DNA of 64,000 bases from an uncultured bacterium (lineage in GTDB: Bacteria; Desulfobacterota_D; UBA1144; Nemesobacterales; UBA2774): positions 1,504,001 to 1,568,000 of the forward strand of contig CAWGRW010000009.1 in assembly GCA_963825135.1 (NCBI GenBank). The letters run 5' to 3'. Numbering within the stretch: the first letter of the stretch is position 1; every line of letters starts with the position of its first letter. Of this stretch, positions 41,850-52,139 are shown piece by piece. The position numbers and the translations under genes were made by a program. The notes under the pieces were generated by a model. The model was not told the origin of the DNA and did not search any database. It saw only the letters and a list, made by a program, of their open reading frames with translations.

Positions 41850-42899
41850 TTAAAATGTGCTTAAATCCCCCTGCCACCTTCTGGGGAGGAATATGCTTTC
41901 GTACATGCTGATCGCGTAGGAGTCCGTCATGCCCGCTATAAAATCGCACACCGCGCGCTCGACGGTTTCCCCTTCCCTGGAGCTCCTTTTGTAGAGTTTC
42001 CGGAACTCGCCCTCGTTTTCACAGAAGTACTGGTAAAGCTCCCTTATAACCTTCGTCGCTTTTATAAAATTGTTCTTGATCTTTTCGTTCATATATACGG
42101 TATTGAAGAGATACCCCCTCAGCTCCACCATGGCCTGCTCGACCTCAGCGCTGGCGGCCACCTTCTCACCGTCAAATTTGAGGGTCTCCGTGATTATATC
42201 CGTGACCATTCTGTTGATCCGCTCGGAATTGGTTCTGCCTAGCGCGCCGACGCATTCTTTCGGGACGTCCTCTATGGTTATGATCCCCGCCCTTATGGCG
42301 TCGTCGAGGTCGTGGTTCGCGTAGGCGACGAGGTCGGATATCCTGACGACCTGCCCTTCGAGCGTCTCCGGGCGGTATTTCGGGTTATCGACCGCTCCCA
42401 TCCCCTTCGAGTGCTTGGCTATGCCGTCCCTCACCTCGTACGTAAGGTTCAAACCCTTTCCGCCCTTCTCCAGCACGTCCACCACCCTCAGGCTGTGTAT
42501 CACGTGCTTGAACCCCCCGGGGTATATCTCGTTGAGCGCCGCCTCCCCCGCGTGTCCGAAAGGGGTGTGTCCGAGGTCGTGCCCGAGCGCTATAGCCTCA
42601 GTGAGGTCTTCGTTCAGTCTGAGCGCCTTCGATATCGTCCTCGCTATCTGGGACACCTCTATGACATGGGTGAGTCTCGTCCTGTAGTGGTCGTCCGTGG
42701 GCGACAGGAAGACCTGTGTCTTGTGCTTCATCCTCCGAAACGATTTCGAATGTATTATCCTGTCCCTGTCCCTCTGGTAATCCGTCCTTATCGAGCACGG
42801 CTCCTCGGGGACGACCCTCCCCTTCGTCTCGGCGCTGAGCGCGGCGTACGGGGAAAGTATCCGTCTCTCGATCTCTTCCGACTGTTCCCTTATGTTCAT
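41850..42899 (-). CDS. dgt: Deoxyguanosinetriphosphate triphosphohydrolase (HD family)
   Basis: Motifs RT.YQRDRDRI, KTQVF, RTRLTH, HDLGHTPFGHAGE and DFIAGMTD. Confidence 0.95.
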   Translation of the reverse strand: MNIREQSEEIERRILSPYAALSAETKGRVVPEEPCSIRTDYQRDRDRIIHSKSFRRMKHKTQVFLSPTDDHYRTRLTHVIEVSQIARTISKALRLNEDLTEAIALGHDLGHTPFGHAGEAALNEIYPGGFKHVIHSLRVVDVLEKGGKGLNLTYEVRDGIAKHSKGMGAVDNPKYRPETLEGQVVRISDLVAYANHDLDDAIRAGIITIEDVPKECVGALGRTNSERINRMVTDIITETLKFDGEKVAASAEVEQAMVELRGYLFNTVYMNEKIKNNFIKATKVIRELYQYFCENEGEFRKLYKRSSREGETVERAVCDFIAGMTDSYAISMYESIFLPRRWQGDLSTF

Positions 42900-42933
42900 T
42901 GGTTGTCTAACCTCGATGCCTGATCCGCCTCTC

Positions 42934-43692
42934 TCATAGCCTCACCGATATCCCCTTCGTGTCCATGAATTCCTTGGCTTCCTTTATAGTATGCTCACCA
43001 TAGTGGAATATCGAAGCGACGAGCACCGCGTCCGCTTCACCCTCCCTCACGCCTTCCGACAGGTGGTCGAGTGTGCCCGCCCCTCCCGAAGCGATGACCG
43101 GTATGGATACGGTGCGCGAGACGGCCCTCGTGAGCGGGATGTCGTAGCCCGTTTTAGTCCCGTCCTTGTCCATGCTCGTAAGGAGTATTTCGCCCGCTCC
43201 GTATTCCTCCATCTTCTTCGCCCATTCAAGCGCGTCTATCCCGGTCGGGTTTCTGCCGCCGTGCGTATATACTTCCCATCTCCCTTCGGATACGCTCCTC
43301 GCGTCTATAGCCACGACTATACACTGGCTCCCGAACCTCACTGCGGCCCTTTTTACGAAGTCCGGGTCCATCACGGCTGCCGTGTTTATCGATACCTTGT
43401 CGGCCCCCGCCAGAAGCATCTGTCTCACGTCTTCGATCGTCCTTACCCCTCCGCCTACGGTCAGGGGGACGAATACCTCGGCCGCGGTCCTTTCAACGAC
43501 GTCTATCATCGTCTTCCTTTCTTCGTTAGAGGCCGTTATGTCGAGGAAGCAGATTTCGTCGGCGCCCTCGTCGCTGTACTTCTTCGCGATCTCGACCGGG
43601 TCGCCCGCGTCCCTCAGATTGACGAAGTTTACCCCCTTTACGACCCTCCCGTCCTTGACGTCGAGGCATGGGATTATTCTCTTCGACAGCAT
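42934..43692 (-). CDS. hisF: Imidazole glycerol phosphate synthase cyclase subunit
   Basis: Motifs [25 protein letters not shown] and IASGG.G. Confidence 0.98.
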   Translation of the reverse strand: MLSKRIIPCLDVKDGRVVKGVNFVNLRDAGDPVEIAKKYSDEGADEICFLDITASNEERKTMIDVVERTAAEVFVPLTVGGGVRTIEDVRQMLLAGADKVSINTAAVMDPDFVKRAAVRFGSQCIVVAIDARSVSEGRWEVYTHGGRNPTGIDALEWAKKMEEYGAGEILLTSMDKDGTKTGYDIPLTRAVSRTVSIPVIASGGAGTLDHLSEGVREGEADAVLVASIFHYGEHTIKEAKEFMDTKGISVRL

Positions 43693-44414
43693 TACGTATA
43701 CCTTCTGATAGCGTCTTTAAGATTAATACTGCCCGTATAAATCGACTTCCCCAGTATCACGCCGTATAACCCCAGGCTTTCGAGCGGTTTCAGTTTGTCG
43801 AGGTCGTCCGTAGTGGCTATCCCCCCTGAAGCGATTACAGGGAGCGGAGACGATTCTATGAATTCCCTGGCCGCGTCGATATTGATACCCTCCATCGTGC
43901 CGTCCCTGTCTATATTAGTGTTGAGTATTACGGACACGCCCGCGTCGTCGAGCCTGCGGAGCACCTCTTTTGTGCCCGCCTCTATGACCTCCGTCCATCC
44001 CTTGACGGCGATCTTGCCCTTTTTGGTGTCTATGCCTACGGCGATCCCCCCCGGGAATTCCCCGCACGCCTGCCTCAGGAACCTGTCGTCGGAAAAAGCG
44101 GCCGTTCCCAGTATCACCCTCGCAACCCCCATGCCGAAGTATTTCCTTACCGTATCGATATTCCTTATGCCTCCGCCCACCTGAACGGGGCAGGAGACCT
44201 GCGCTGTTATATTTTTAATGACGTCCGTGTTCCCGGGCTCTCCCTTGAACGCCCCGTCGAGGTCGACGACGTGGATCCATTCGGCCCCGCATTCTTCCCA
44301 CCTCCGGGCTATCTCCCCGGGGTTTTCGGAGAATACGGTCTCGGTCCCCTCTTCCCCCTTGTAGAGTCTCACGCATTTTCCGTCCCTGAGGTCTATGGCG
44401 GGTATGATGTGCAT
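43692..44414 (-). CDS. hisA: ProFAR isomerase
   Basis: Motifs [27 protein letters not shown] and DRDG. TAATG coupling to hisF. Confidence 0.97.
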   Translation of the reverse strand: MHIIPAIDLRDGKCVRLYKGEEGTETVFSENPGEIARRWEECGAEWIHVVDLDGAFKGEPGNTDVIKNITAQVSCPVQVGGGIRNIDTVRKYFGMGVARVILGTAAFSDDRFLRQACGEFPGGIAVGIDTKKGKIAVKGWTEVIEAGTKEVLRRLDDAGVSVILNTNIDRDGTMEGINIDAAREFIESSPLPVIASGGIATTDDLDKLKPLESLGLYGVILGKSIYTGSINLKDAIRRYT

Positions 44415-45098
44415 TTAATTCTCCAGGAGGTACTCGTTGAACTCGAGGACTGTCTTTCGCGCCCCTTCTTTCGCAAGCTCGTCCGACGTTATCCATTTCG
44501 CCCCTCTCTTGAAGAACTTCCCGATTTCATAGACGTTCTGTAGGAGCGGCTTCTGCGTCTCGTGAAAATAATATTCCCATATTTTATGTCCGTCCGCGGT
44601 GTCGAGCACCTCGACGCTGAACGTTACCGCGGCGGGCGATTCCACCCCTATCGCGGATCCCTCTCTCTCCGTATATTCCGAGATTACGCCTATCACGACG
44701 GCGTCGACGCCGAGGCTTTTGCCGGCGGCCACGGCCTGCTCCCTGTAATACGATTTTGGTGTTTCGGCCTTTATGCGCAGGAATTCCGTTTCGGATTTCT
44801 GAAGCGGGGTGATTTCGATTCTTAACATCTCGGCGGTGAGGGCGTCGTACATGGAGATGGTCAAATACCTTTCTTTCTCCTCCACCGTTTCTTCGGGCAT
44901 CGATTCGGAGAGAGAGGGCTTCGTGGTGAACGGTATCAGGGCGAGGGACTTGACCCTATCTCGCAGGCGTGTCGTCGTCTCCCCTGTCTTGTCCGTCTGT
45001 CCGTAGGCCCTCCCGTTTGTTAAAAGGCAGTAACTGCAGCAAATTACGAATAGAAAAAACAGGACCGAAATGCGGCGGAGTATTTGTGTATGTCTCAT
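44415..45098 (-). CDS. Exported hypothetical protein (CsgG/LpoB/GNA1162-like alpha/beta fold)
   Basis: Signal peptide with motifs LAL.PF, GKSLGVDAVVIG.I..Y.ER and G..IW. Abuts hisA. Confidence 0.6.
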   Translation of the reverse strand: MRHTQILRRISVLFFLFVICCSYCLLTNGRAYGQTDKTGETTTRLRDRVKSLALIPFTTKPSLSESMPEETVEEKERYLTISMYDALTAEMLRIEITPLQKSETEFLRIKAETPKSYYREQAVAAGKSLGVDAVVIGVISEYTEREGSAIGVESPAAVTFSVEVLDTADGHKIWEYYFHETQKPLLQNVYEIGKFFKRGAKWITSDELAKEGARKTVLEFNEYLLEN

Positions 45099-45201
45099 CT
45101 TTTAATAAATATACAGGAATATAGAATTAGTGGAAGCACCGGTAGCGCGGCCCCGCGCCGGTTGATTTGAATTATACGCGCGTTTAAACATAATTAACAC
45201 C

Positions 45202-45615
45202 ATGAACCATTGGCTCGTTAAATCGGAGCCCTCGACATATTCATGGGACGACCTGGTTAAAGACGGCAGTACGCGCTGGGACGGGGTCAGGAACTATCAG
45301 GCGAGGAATAATCTTGTTGCAATGAAAAAAGGCGACCCGGTGCTTTATTACCACAGCGGCGCAGCGCCGGGGATAGTCGGTATAGCCAGGGTCGTGACGG
45401 AATCGTACCAGGACCCGACCACTGACGACGAAAGATGGGTCGCAGTCGATCTCGAGCCTGTAAAGCCTTTAAAGAATCCGGTTCCGCTCGACGATATTAA
45501 AAAGGAAAAGCGGCTCGGGGACATCTCCCTTATCAAGCAGGGCCGCCTCTCCGTTATGCCCGTTACGAAAGGGGAGTACGACGTCATTCTGGGCATGGCG
45601 TCCGGGAAGACATAG
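45202..45615 (+). CDS. EVE domain protein
   Basis: Motifs WLVKSEP, WDGVRNYQARN, YYHS and RLSV.PV. Confidence 0.95.
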   Translation: MNHWLVKSEPSTYSWDDLVKDGSTRWDGVRNYQARNNLVAMKKGDPVLYYHSGAAPGIVGIARVVTESYQDPTTDDERWVAVDLEPVKPLKNPVPLDDIKKEKRLGDISLIKQGRLSVMPVTKGEYDVILGMASGKT

Positions 45616-45620
45616 CGATT

Positions 45621-45649
45621 TTGACAATCCCCCGCAGCCGAATTAATGT
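45621..45649 (+). promoter_or_regulatory. sigma70-type promoter for meaB (probably leaderless)
   Basis: TTGACA-N17-TAATGT, 8 nt before ATG 45658. Confidence 0.6.
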
Positions 45650-45657
45650 ATCTCCCG

Positions 45658-46611
45658 ATGCCCCTCTCCGATTACGAATCAGGACTCATAGACAAGATGC
45701 TCGGCGGAGACCGGGCGGCTCTCGCCCGCCTTATATCGATTGCCGAGAGCAGGCATAAGTCCCTCCCTGAAATACTCAGGCGGCTCGGTCCTCTTATACG
45801 CGACCCTTATATCATCGGCATTACCGGCCCTCCCGGGGCCGGCAAGAGCACCATTACGAACGAGCTCATCAGGTCTTACAGGAATACTGACAAGAAGGTA
45901 GGCGTGCTGGCGGTCGACCCGTCTAGCCCCTTCACCGGCGGGGCCATACTAGGGGACAGGATACGCATGCACGACCATGCCATGGACGACGGGGTATTCA
46001 TAAGGAGCATAAGCTCGAGGGGGACGCACGGCGGGCTCTCGAGAGCGACGAGCGAGATAATCAAGCTCTACGGGGCCTACGGCATGGATTACGTGATCAT
46101 AGAGACGGTCGGCGTGGGCCAGACCGAGCTCGATATAGTAGGTGTGGCCGATACCGTTCTCGTCGTCCTCGTCCCGGAGGCCGGGGACTCCGTTCAGACG
46201 ATGAAGGCGGGGCTCATGGAGATAGCCGACATCTTCATCGTGAATAAGTCGGACAGGGAAGGGGCGGCATTAATTTCTACCGAGATTAAGCTTGTGATAT
46301 CCCTCAGGAGGGCGGGCGCCGGCTGGTCTCCGCCCGTACTCCTCACGAGCGCGCTCAGGGGAGAGGGGATCGACGGGATCATCGACGAGATCGAAAAGCA
46401 TAGATCCTTCCAGACCGGTAGCGGGTCGCTCGAGAAGAAGAAGGAGAAGAGGGCGGAGCAGGAGTTCTCCGATATAATCAGAGAGCTCGTCGACGAAAAG
46501 ATCGCCCGGAGGCTCGGGGACGCGGAGATAAAAAAGATTTACGCGCGCGTCAGGAGCGGGGAAATAGACCCCTACGAGGGCGCCCTGCTCGTAATCTCGA
46601 AAATCATGTGA
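45658..46611 (+). CDS. meaB: Methylmalonyl-CoA mutase-associated GTPase MeaB (ArgK family)
   Basis: Motifs GITGPPGAGKST, VDPSSPFTGGAILGDRIRM, ETVGVGQ and NKSD. Confidence 0.95.
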   Translation: MPLSDYESGLIDKMLGGDRAALARLISIAESRHKSLPEILRRLGPLIRDPYIIGITGPPGAGKSTITNELIRSYRNTDKKVGVLAVDPSSPFTGGAILGDRIRMHDHAMDDGVFIRSISSRGTHGGLSRATSEIIKLYGAYGMDYVIIETVGVGQTELDIVGVADTVLVVLVPEAGDSVQTMKAGLMEIADIFIVNKSDREGAALISTEIKLVISLRRAGAGWSPPVLLTSALRGEGIDGIIDEIEKHRSFQTGSGSLEKKKEKRAEQEFSDIIRELVDEKIARRLGDAEIKKIYARVRSGEIDPYEGALLVISKIM

Positions 46612-46703
46612 TCCTTCCCGGGCTCGACTCCGAACCCCCCGGCGATACCGTGTCTAATTTGTTCCTGTATTATCTCCTTTCCCGGGGTGGTATCCTAATC
46701 GTT

Positions 46704-47399
46704 ATGATCGAGGTTCTGGTCCCCGTATCCTTCTTCCTATTTGTTTTTCTTATTGCTTCGGCAGGTGACCGGTATGCAGGAAAGCGCTGGGAGATGGTAG
46801 AGAGTCAGATAATAGCCCGGGGCATAAGGAACACGGCGGTCATCCAGGCGATGCTCAACGTCCCGCGCCATGAATTCATACCCGTGGAGCTGAGGGACCA
46901 GGCCTATGACGACAACCCTGTGCCCGTGGGCCTGGGGCAGACGATATCGCAGCCCTATATAGTCGCGCTAATGACCGAGCTCCTGAATCCCGTCTCCGGT
47001 ATGAAGGTGCTGGAGGTAGGCACGGGCTCAGGCTACCAGTCCGCGGTGCTCGCGGAGGCAGGCTGCGAGCTCTACACGGTCGAGATTGTGGAGGACCTGG
47101 CGTATAAAGCGCGCCGTATCCTCGACAACCTCGGCTACTCCGGAATTACGTACAAGACAGGCGACGGATACCAGGGATGGGAGGAGCACGCCCCCTTTGA
47201 CGGAATCATAGTAACGGCGGCTCCGGGCCACGTGCCTGCAAAGCTTTTAGAGCAGCTCAACGTAAACGGGAAAATGGTCATTCCGGTAGGCGACGAGAGC
47301 CAGGAGCTTCAGCTGATAGAAAAAACGGATAAGGGCATCACGAAGAGGAGAATAACCGCTGTCCGCTTCGTCCCCATGACCGGTGAGTCCGAATCGTGA
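46704..47399 (+). CDS. pcm: Protein-L-isoaspartate O-methyltransferase
   Basis: Motifs VPRH.F, GQTISQP, LEVGTGSGYQ, GDG..GW and VRFVPM, with an N-terminal hydrophobic extension. Confidence 0.94.
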   Translation: MIEVLVPVSFFLFVFLIASAGDRYAGKRWEMVESQIIARGIRNTAVIQAMLNVPRHEFIPVELRDQAYDDNPVPVGLGQTISQPYIVALMTELLNPVSGMKVLEVGTGSGYQSAVLAEAGCELYTVEIVEDLAYKARRILDNLGYSGITYKTGDGYQGWEEHAPFDGIIVTAAPGHVPAKLLEQLNVNGKMVIPVGDESQELQLIEKTDKGITKRRITAVRFVPMTGESES

Positions 47400-47443
47400 G
47401 AGCCCGGCCGGTTATTTGGTTTCGCGCTGCGTAGTCTTACGGA

Positions 47444-48454
47444 TCAAATATCCAGACTCACTACGTCCCCGAGCTCGATCTGCCTCGAGCTTTCGGTGAT
47501 TATCCCGGTCGCGCTCTTTTCCTTCACTTCGAGCACGACTATCTTGCCTATAAGAGTCCCGGGGATTATAACGTCTTTATTGGCGTCCGGGTCGTGGGCC
47601 TTTCGCGGCTGGGAATAAATCGAGAATACGTTTCCGGGCACGACGTTATTCACCTGTCCAGCGTCTATGTAGACTATGTCCCCTCTCCCGCTGAGCTCCG
47701 TATTGTTCTTGTTCTCGACTATGAACCCGTCCACCCTCTGCGTCCCCTTCCTCAATACAACCTCTTTTACGAACGGCTCCTGCGGCCTTATCTTCGCCCC
47801 GCGCGTTATCTCCAGGTAAGAAGAAGTGATGACCGCCGTCGATTTCCTTTTCCCCAGTACTTCCAATATTTCGAGCTCACCCTCGATCTGTACCTTGTAC
47901 CCGATCCGATGACCCGTTATAGGGTGGAGTACGGGTTTCGAGGTCCGGAATATGGTGAATTTGTCCCCCGTGCTGACCCCGTTTTTGGAACCCACGTTCG
48001 TAAATACGATATCCCCCGTGCCGAGCAGTATCTTGGGCGGCTCCGAGGTCAGTATTGTCCCCATGTGCTCCCATTCGCCGGGGGTTATAAAGCCCTCCGA
48101 CCCCCCGCGGGAATAATAATAGACCGGCGGAGGCGGTTCTATATCCTCAAACGATACCTTATGCGATTTGGGCTCCACCTTTACAACCGGGATATCCGGC
48201 TGTTTGGGCTTAAGGGAAATCACGTCCCCGGGGTAAATGAGGCTCGGGTTATCTATATAGGAGTTAATCTCCCAGAGTCTCGGCCAGAATAGCGGATTAC
48301 CGAAGAACCTTCCGGATATCTTCCAGAGGGAATCCCCCGGCTCCACCACATAAATAGTCGTCCCGTCCTTCGGGGGCGGCAGACTGCCCTGGGCAAGGGC
48401 GATTCCGGTTAAGAGAAAAACAGCTAAGAGTGTTCTTAAATGCATCCCGTCCAT
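47444..48454 (-). CDS. LysM peptidoglycan-binding exported protein (TsaP-like)
   Basis: Signal peptide, LysM motif YVV.PGD.LW.IS...P..WP.LW..N..I.NP.LIYPG, and two beta-rich C-terminal repeats. Confidence 0.85.
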   Translation of the reverse strand: MDGMHLRTLLAVFLLTGIALAQGSLPPPKDGTTIYVVEPGDSLWKISGRFFGNPLFWPRLWEINSYIDNPSLIYPGDVISLKPKQPDIPVVKVEPKSHKVSFEDIEPPPPVYYYSRGGSEGFITPGEWEHMGTILTSEPPKILLGTGDIVFTNVGSKNGVSTGDKFTIFRTSKPVLHPITGHRIGYKVQIEGELEILEVLGKRKSTAVITSSYLEITRGAKIRPQEPFVKEVVLRKGTQRVDGFIVENKNNTELSGRGDIVYIDAGQVNNVVPGNVFSIYSQPRKAHDPDANKDVIIPGTLIGKIVVLEVKEKSATGIITESSRQIELGDVVSLDI

Positions 48455-48639
48455 CCTCCGTTAATATCCGGAATCCGGCATAGCCGGCACAACTCTTAAA
48501 TACACTATTTCAATTCTACACCCTTTTTAGACGAATTGGAAGTATAATTATATTCTTTTAAGCTTTCATATGGCGAACTTATATACTATACTTAACAACG
48601 CTTGTAAGGTTTGTGCCAATTGGACCGACGACTGGTGTT

Positions 48640-50127
48640 ATGGATAACCGGATTCTGATAAATATTACGTTCAATGAGACCAGGGTTGCGGTGATGGAAA
48701 AGGGTGCCGTTGCGGAGCTTTATATCGAGCGTAAGTCCACGCCGCGTATAGTGGGGAATATATACAAGGGAGTGGTGGGGAAGGTAGTGCCGGGGATGCA
48801 GGCGGCTTTCGTCGACATAGGCCTCGGGAAGTCGGGCTTCATATCCGTCGAGGACGTGCATGAAGACTCGCTCTACGAGTATTTTCTCGACGGCGGATCC
48901 GAATCGCAGCAGCCGAAGAGGCAGGAAAGGGGTCTTATACAGGACATACTCCGGGAAGGGCAGCATGTAATGGTGCAGGTCTTGAAGGAGTCGGTCGGCG
49001 GCAAGGGGGCCAAGCTCTCATCGAACATAGGGATGCCCGGTAAGTACTCCGTTCTTTTAGTCAACGCGGATATCGTGGGGATTTCGAGAAAAATAGAGGA
49101 CCCGGAGGAGAGGGAGAGGCTCGCCGAAATAATCAGGAAAATAAAACCCGAGGGTAAGGGGATTATAGCGAGGACGGCCAGCGCCGGAATATCCGCGGAA
49201 GAACTGGAGCAGGACATAAAGGACCAGATTCGGCTCTGGGAGGATATACGCAAAAGAAGCGATGAGCAGAAAGCCCCTTGCCTGCTCTACGAAGAGCAGA
49301 GGCTCTATATTAAGGCGGTGCGGGATTTCGTTTCCAGCGAATATAACAGGATAGTGGTCGATTCCGAGCCCGCATATAACGAGATTACCTCATATCTCAG
49401 TCGGAATTTCCCCGATTCCTCCGTAAGCCTCGAGCTCTATCAGGACCCGGAACCCCTGTTCGCGAGGTACGGGGTCGAGAGCGAAATAAGAAAAATTTTC
49501 AACAAAAAGGTCTGGCTCAAGTCGGGGGGTCACATAATAATCGAAGAGGCGGAGGGCCTCACGGTCGTGGACGTAAACACCGGCAGGTACCAGAGCGGCA
49601 AGAGTCAGGAAGAGACTATCTACACCCTCAACCTCGAGGCGGCTTCGGAGATAGTGAGGCAGATACGGCTCAGGAACCTCGTCGGCATCGTGGTGGTCGA
49701 TTTCATAGACATCAAAAACCGCCAGCTCCGGGACCAGATATACGAGGCGTTCGTCGAGGCGCTGAAGCAGGACAGGGCCAGGTCCGCCGTGCTCGAAATG
49801 TCGCTTTTCGGCGTCATACAGATGACCCGGCAGCGCGTGAGGGAAAGCATATTGACGGAGCTCGCCGAGCCGTGCCCTTATTGCGAGGGATCGGGCTATC
49901 TAAAGTCCAAGGACACTATAAGCTACGAAATTATAAGGGAGATAAAGAGCAGGATCGTAAAACCGTTCGTAAAGAGAATAGAGGTTCAGGCGAGCGCAAA
50001 AGTCATACACAGGCTAAAAGAGTTCGAGCATGAGAACCTGAGACACCTCGAGAAAGAGCACGGGGTTGAAATCGTCTATAAAGCCGTCGAGGGGCGTATC
50101 GGGAGATTCGAGGTCATAGCCGACTGA
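48640..50127 (+). CDS. rng: Ribonuclease G (Rne/Rng family)
   Basis: Motifs GNIYKG.V, GMQAAFVDIG, VDVNTG, IRLRNL.G and VDFID, plus Zn-link CPYC. No long C-terminal tail. Confidence 0.93.
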   Translation: MDNRILINITFNETRVAVMEKGAVAELYIERKSTPRIVGNIYKGVVGKVVPGMQAAFVDIGLGKSGFISVEDVHEDSLYEYFLDGGSESQQPKRQERGLIQDILREGQHVMVQVLKESVGGKGAKLSSNIGMPGKYSVLLVNADIVGISRKIEDPEERERLAEIIRKIKPEGKGIIARTASAGISAEELEQDIKDQIRLWEDIRKRSDEQKAPCLLYEEQRLYIKAVRDFVSSEYNRIVVDSEPAYNEITSYLSRNFPDSSVSLELYQDPEPLFARYGVESEIRKIFNKKVWLKSGGHIIIEEAEGLTVVDVNTGRYQSGKSQEETIYTLNLEAASEIVRQIRLRNLVGIVVVDFIDIKNRQLRDQIYEAFVEALKQDRARSAVLEMSLFGVIQMTRQRVRESILTELAEPCPYCEGSGYLKSKDTISYEIIREIKSRIVKPFVKRIEVQASAKVIHRLKEFEHENLRHLEKEHGVEIVYKAVEGRIGRFEVIAD

Positions 50128-50239
50128 GGCTCGTGCATCCCTTGATCCCGCGATCCGGTTTCAGGCTCGGGATTATCACGGCTGCCCGATTCGGGGTTAT
50201 TATTAGCATAAATATGTTCAGACGGTTACGGGTTTGCGG

Positions 50240-51001
50240 ATGAGAAGTTCACTCAAATGCCTATTGATGCTCGCCCTCCTGGTTTCTCCCGGCTGTAAGA
50301 GGGATGAGCATGCCAAACCGGAAAGGGTCGGTACTCCGGCTGAAATAACGGACGAGCCAGCCGTAGAGACCGGAGACGCTCCCGATGAGGGATCGGAAGA
50401 CGTCGATTATCAAGAGCCCGCGATACCCTCCCTGTCCGGAATCAGGTCCGTCAAGATAGCGACGATTTCCGATAATCCCAGAGACGGCTTTAAGGCGGAT
50501 ATCGAGCACACGGGCGAAGTCGATGAAAGCGCGGGCTATCTCTATGAGTGGAAGCTCAACGGGAAGGACATAACGGGCGCCGACGGAGAAAAGCTCGAAT
50601 GGAGGGAAGAGTTTAAAAAAGGCGACACGATAAATGTCGCGGTCACTCCGTACAGCGACCTCGGCCAGGGCGCGGTTTCGGCTGAGGGGAGTTTCAGAAT
50701 ACCCAATTCACCCCCTGTTATCACCTCGGAGCCGGATACGTCCTTCAAGGAAGGGAAGTTCAGCTACATCGTCGAGGCCGAAGACCCGGACGGGGATTCA
50801 TTTGATTTTAGTCTCAAGAACGCGCCCAGGGGCATGACTATCGAGCCCGCCGCGGGACTTATCCTGTGGGAATACGGTGAAAAAGATGCCGGAGATTACA
50901 AGGTGACCGTAATCGTTACGGATTCCGAAGGGGCGAAAGCTTCCCAGGAGCTGACGTTATCCATAAACCCCCCGGAGCCGCCCGCCGAAGGAACGCAATA
51001 G
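50240..51001 (+). CDS. Lipoprotein with putative Ig-like domains
   Basis: Lipobox-like SPGC with motifs Y.W..NG, NSPPVITS.P, A.DPDGD and P.GMTI...G.I.W. Confidence 0.75.
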   Translation: MRSSLKCLLMLALLVSPGCKRDEHAKPERVGTPAEITDEPAVETGDAPDEGSEDVDYQEPAIPSLSGIRSVKIATISDNPRDGFKADIEHTGEVDESAGYLYEWKLNGKDITGADGEKLEWREEFKKGDTINVAVTPYSDLGQGAVSAEGSFRIPNSPPVITSEPDTSFKEGKFSYIVEAEDPDGDSFDFSLKNAPRGMTIEPAAGLILWEYGEKDAGDYKVTVIVTDSEGAKASQELTLSINPPEPPAEGTQ

Positions 51002-51156
51002 TAAGTCCGTTGTTCCCGGTATTCCGGGTGAATTCCTCGATTCGTGTATTTGTTATACAGCTTTATAAAACACGGGTATATTTTATTTCGTGGCCGGTCG
51101 TCGGAAGTCCCGGTCAAATAATGCAGGTTGTATAGGCACTTGTAACGAGTGATGCG

Positions 51157-51579
51157 ATGAGAAGATCATTTCAGGCAGGAATGTCCATAGAAAACAAGAT
51201 AGAAACCAGGCCCGAGATGGCGGCTTCACGTTTCCACGGGAATTCGCCCAGGGTACTCTCCAGCCCCTCGCTTATAACATTCATGCAGACGACGTGCGCA
51301 GACCTCATGGCCCCGTTCCTCGACAAGACCGAGATGGTCGTAAGCGTGAGGATTGAAATGAACCATCTGGCCTCGACCCCGATCGGATCTACAATAATAG
51401 TAAGAGCCGAAATCGACAGGGTCGAGGGCGACAAGGTTTATTTCAGGATCGATGCCTATGATGAGGTCGAGAAAATCGCCTCCGGATATAATGATATGTT
51501 TATAATCGACGAAGAGAGATTCGAAAGGGGCATCAGAAGGAAGCTGGGCTCGGATCCACAAAAAGCGCAGTCCTTATAA
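51157..51579 (+). CDS. Hot-dog fold thioesterase (FlK-like)
   Basis: Motifs VLS.P.LI..M, HLA.TP.G, F.I.A.D and F....RF. Confidence 0.8.
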   Translation: MRRSFQAGMSIENKIETRPEMAASRFHGNSPRVLSSPSLITFMQTTCADLMAPFLDKTEMVVSVRIEMNHLASTPIGSTIIVRAEIDRVEGDKVYFRIDAYDEVEKIASGYNDMFIIDEERFERGIRRKLGSDPQKAQSL

Positions 51580-51682
51580 AACCCCCGTCTGCCGGAAGTT
51601 GGAATTCGATTATTCACGGCCAAAAAGCCCGGCGCATAAAAATTCCGCAATACATCTCATAGAAGCAAACGGAGCGGTTCTG

Positions 51683-52120
51683 ATGGGAAAAGGCGTACTG
51701 GAAAACCTGTTTCACGTAGCGATCGCTGTCAGGAACCTCGATGAGGTCGAGAAATTGTACGAGACGGCGCTCGGTCTCAGGGTCGAGCACAGGGAAGTGG
51801 TGGAGGACCAGGGGGTAAGGACGTCCATGCTCGTTCCCGAGAAGGGCGGCACGGCGGTCGAGCTCCTCGAGCCCCTGAGCGCGGAGTCCCCGGTCTCGAA
51901 GTTCCTCGACAAGAGGGGAGAGGGCATTCACCACATCTGTTTTCTCGTGGACGATATAGAAGCCGCGCTCGAAAGGCTTAAAAGAGACGGCGTTAAGCTC
52001 ATAGACGAATCCCCGCGGCCGGGCTCTTATCATTCGCGGGTGGCTTTCATACACCCGAGTGCGATGAACGGTGTATTGATCGAGCTCGCCGAGATCGATA
52101 AGGACGTCCGGGGTTCCTGA
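51683..52120 (+). CDS. mce: Methylmalonyl-CoA epimerase
   Basis: Motifs HVAIAV, QGV, ELLEP, RGEGIHHI and F.HP....GVLIEL. GGAG RBS before ATG 51683. Confidence 0.93.
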   Translation: MGKGVLENLFHVAIAVRNLDEVEKLYETALGLRVEHREVVEDQGVRTSMLVPEKGGTAVELLEPLSAESPVSKFLDKRGEGIHHICFLVDDIEAALERLKRDGVKLIDESPRPGSYHSRVAFIHPSAMNGVLIELAEIDKDVRGS

Positions 52121-52139
52121 CCGGTGAATGCCCGGCAGC

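Noticed and set aside
45202..45615. EVE protein as part of a modification-dependent defence system
   Set aside because: It is a stand-alone conserved type with no nuclease or toxin neighbour.
48603..48619. Possible sigma54 promoter TGGCACAAACCTTACA toward the LysM gene
   Set aside because: The -12 element reads AC rather than the near-invariant GC.
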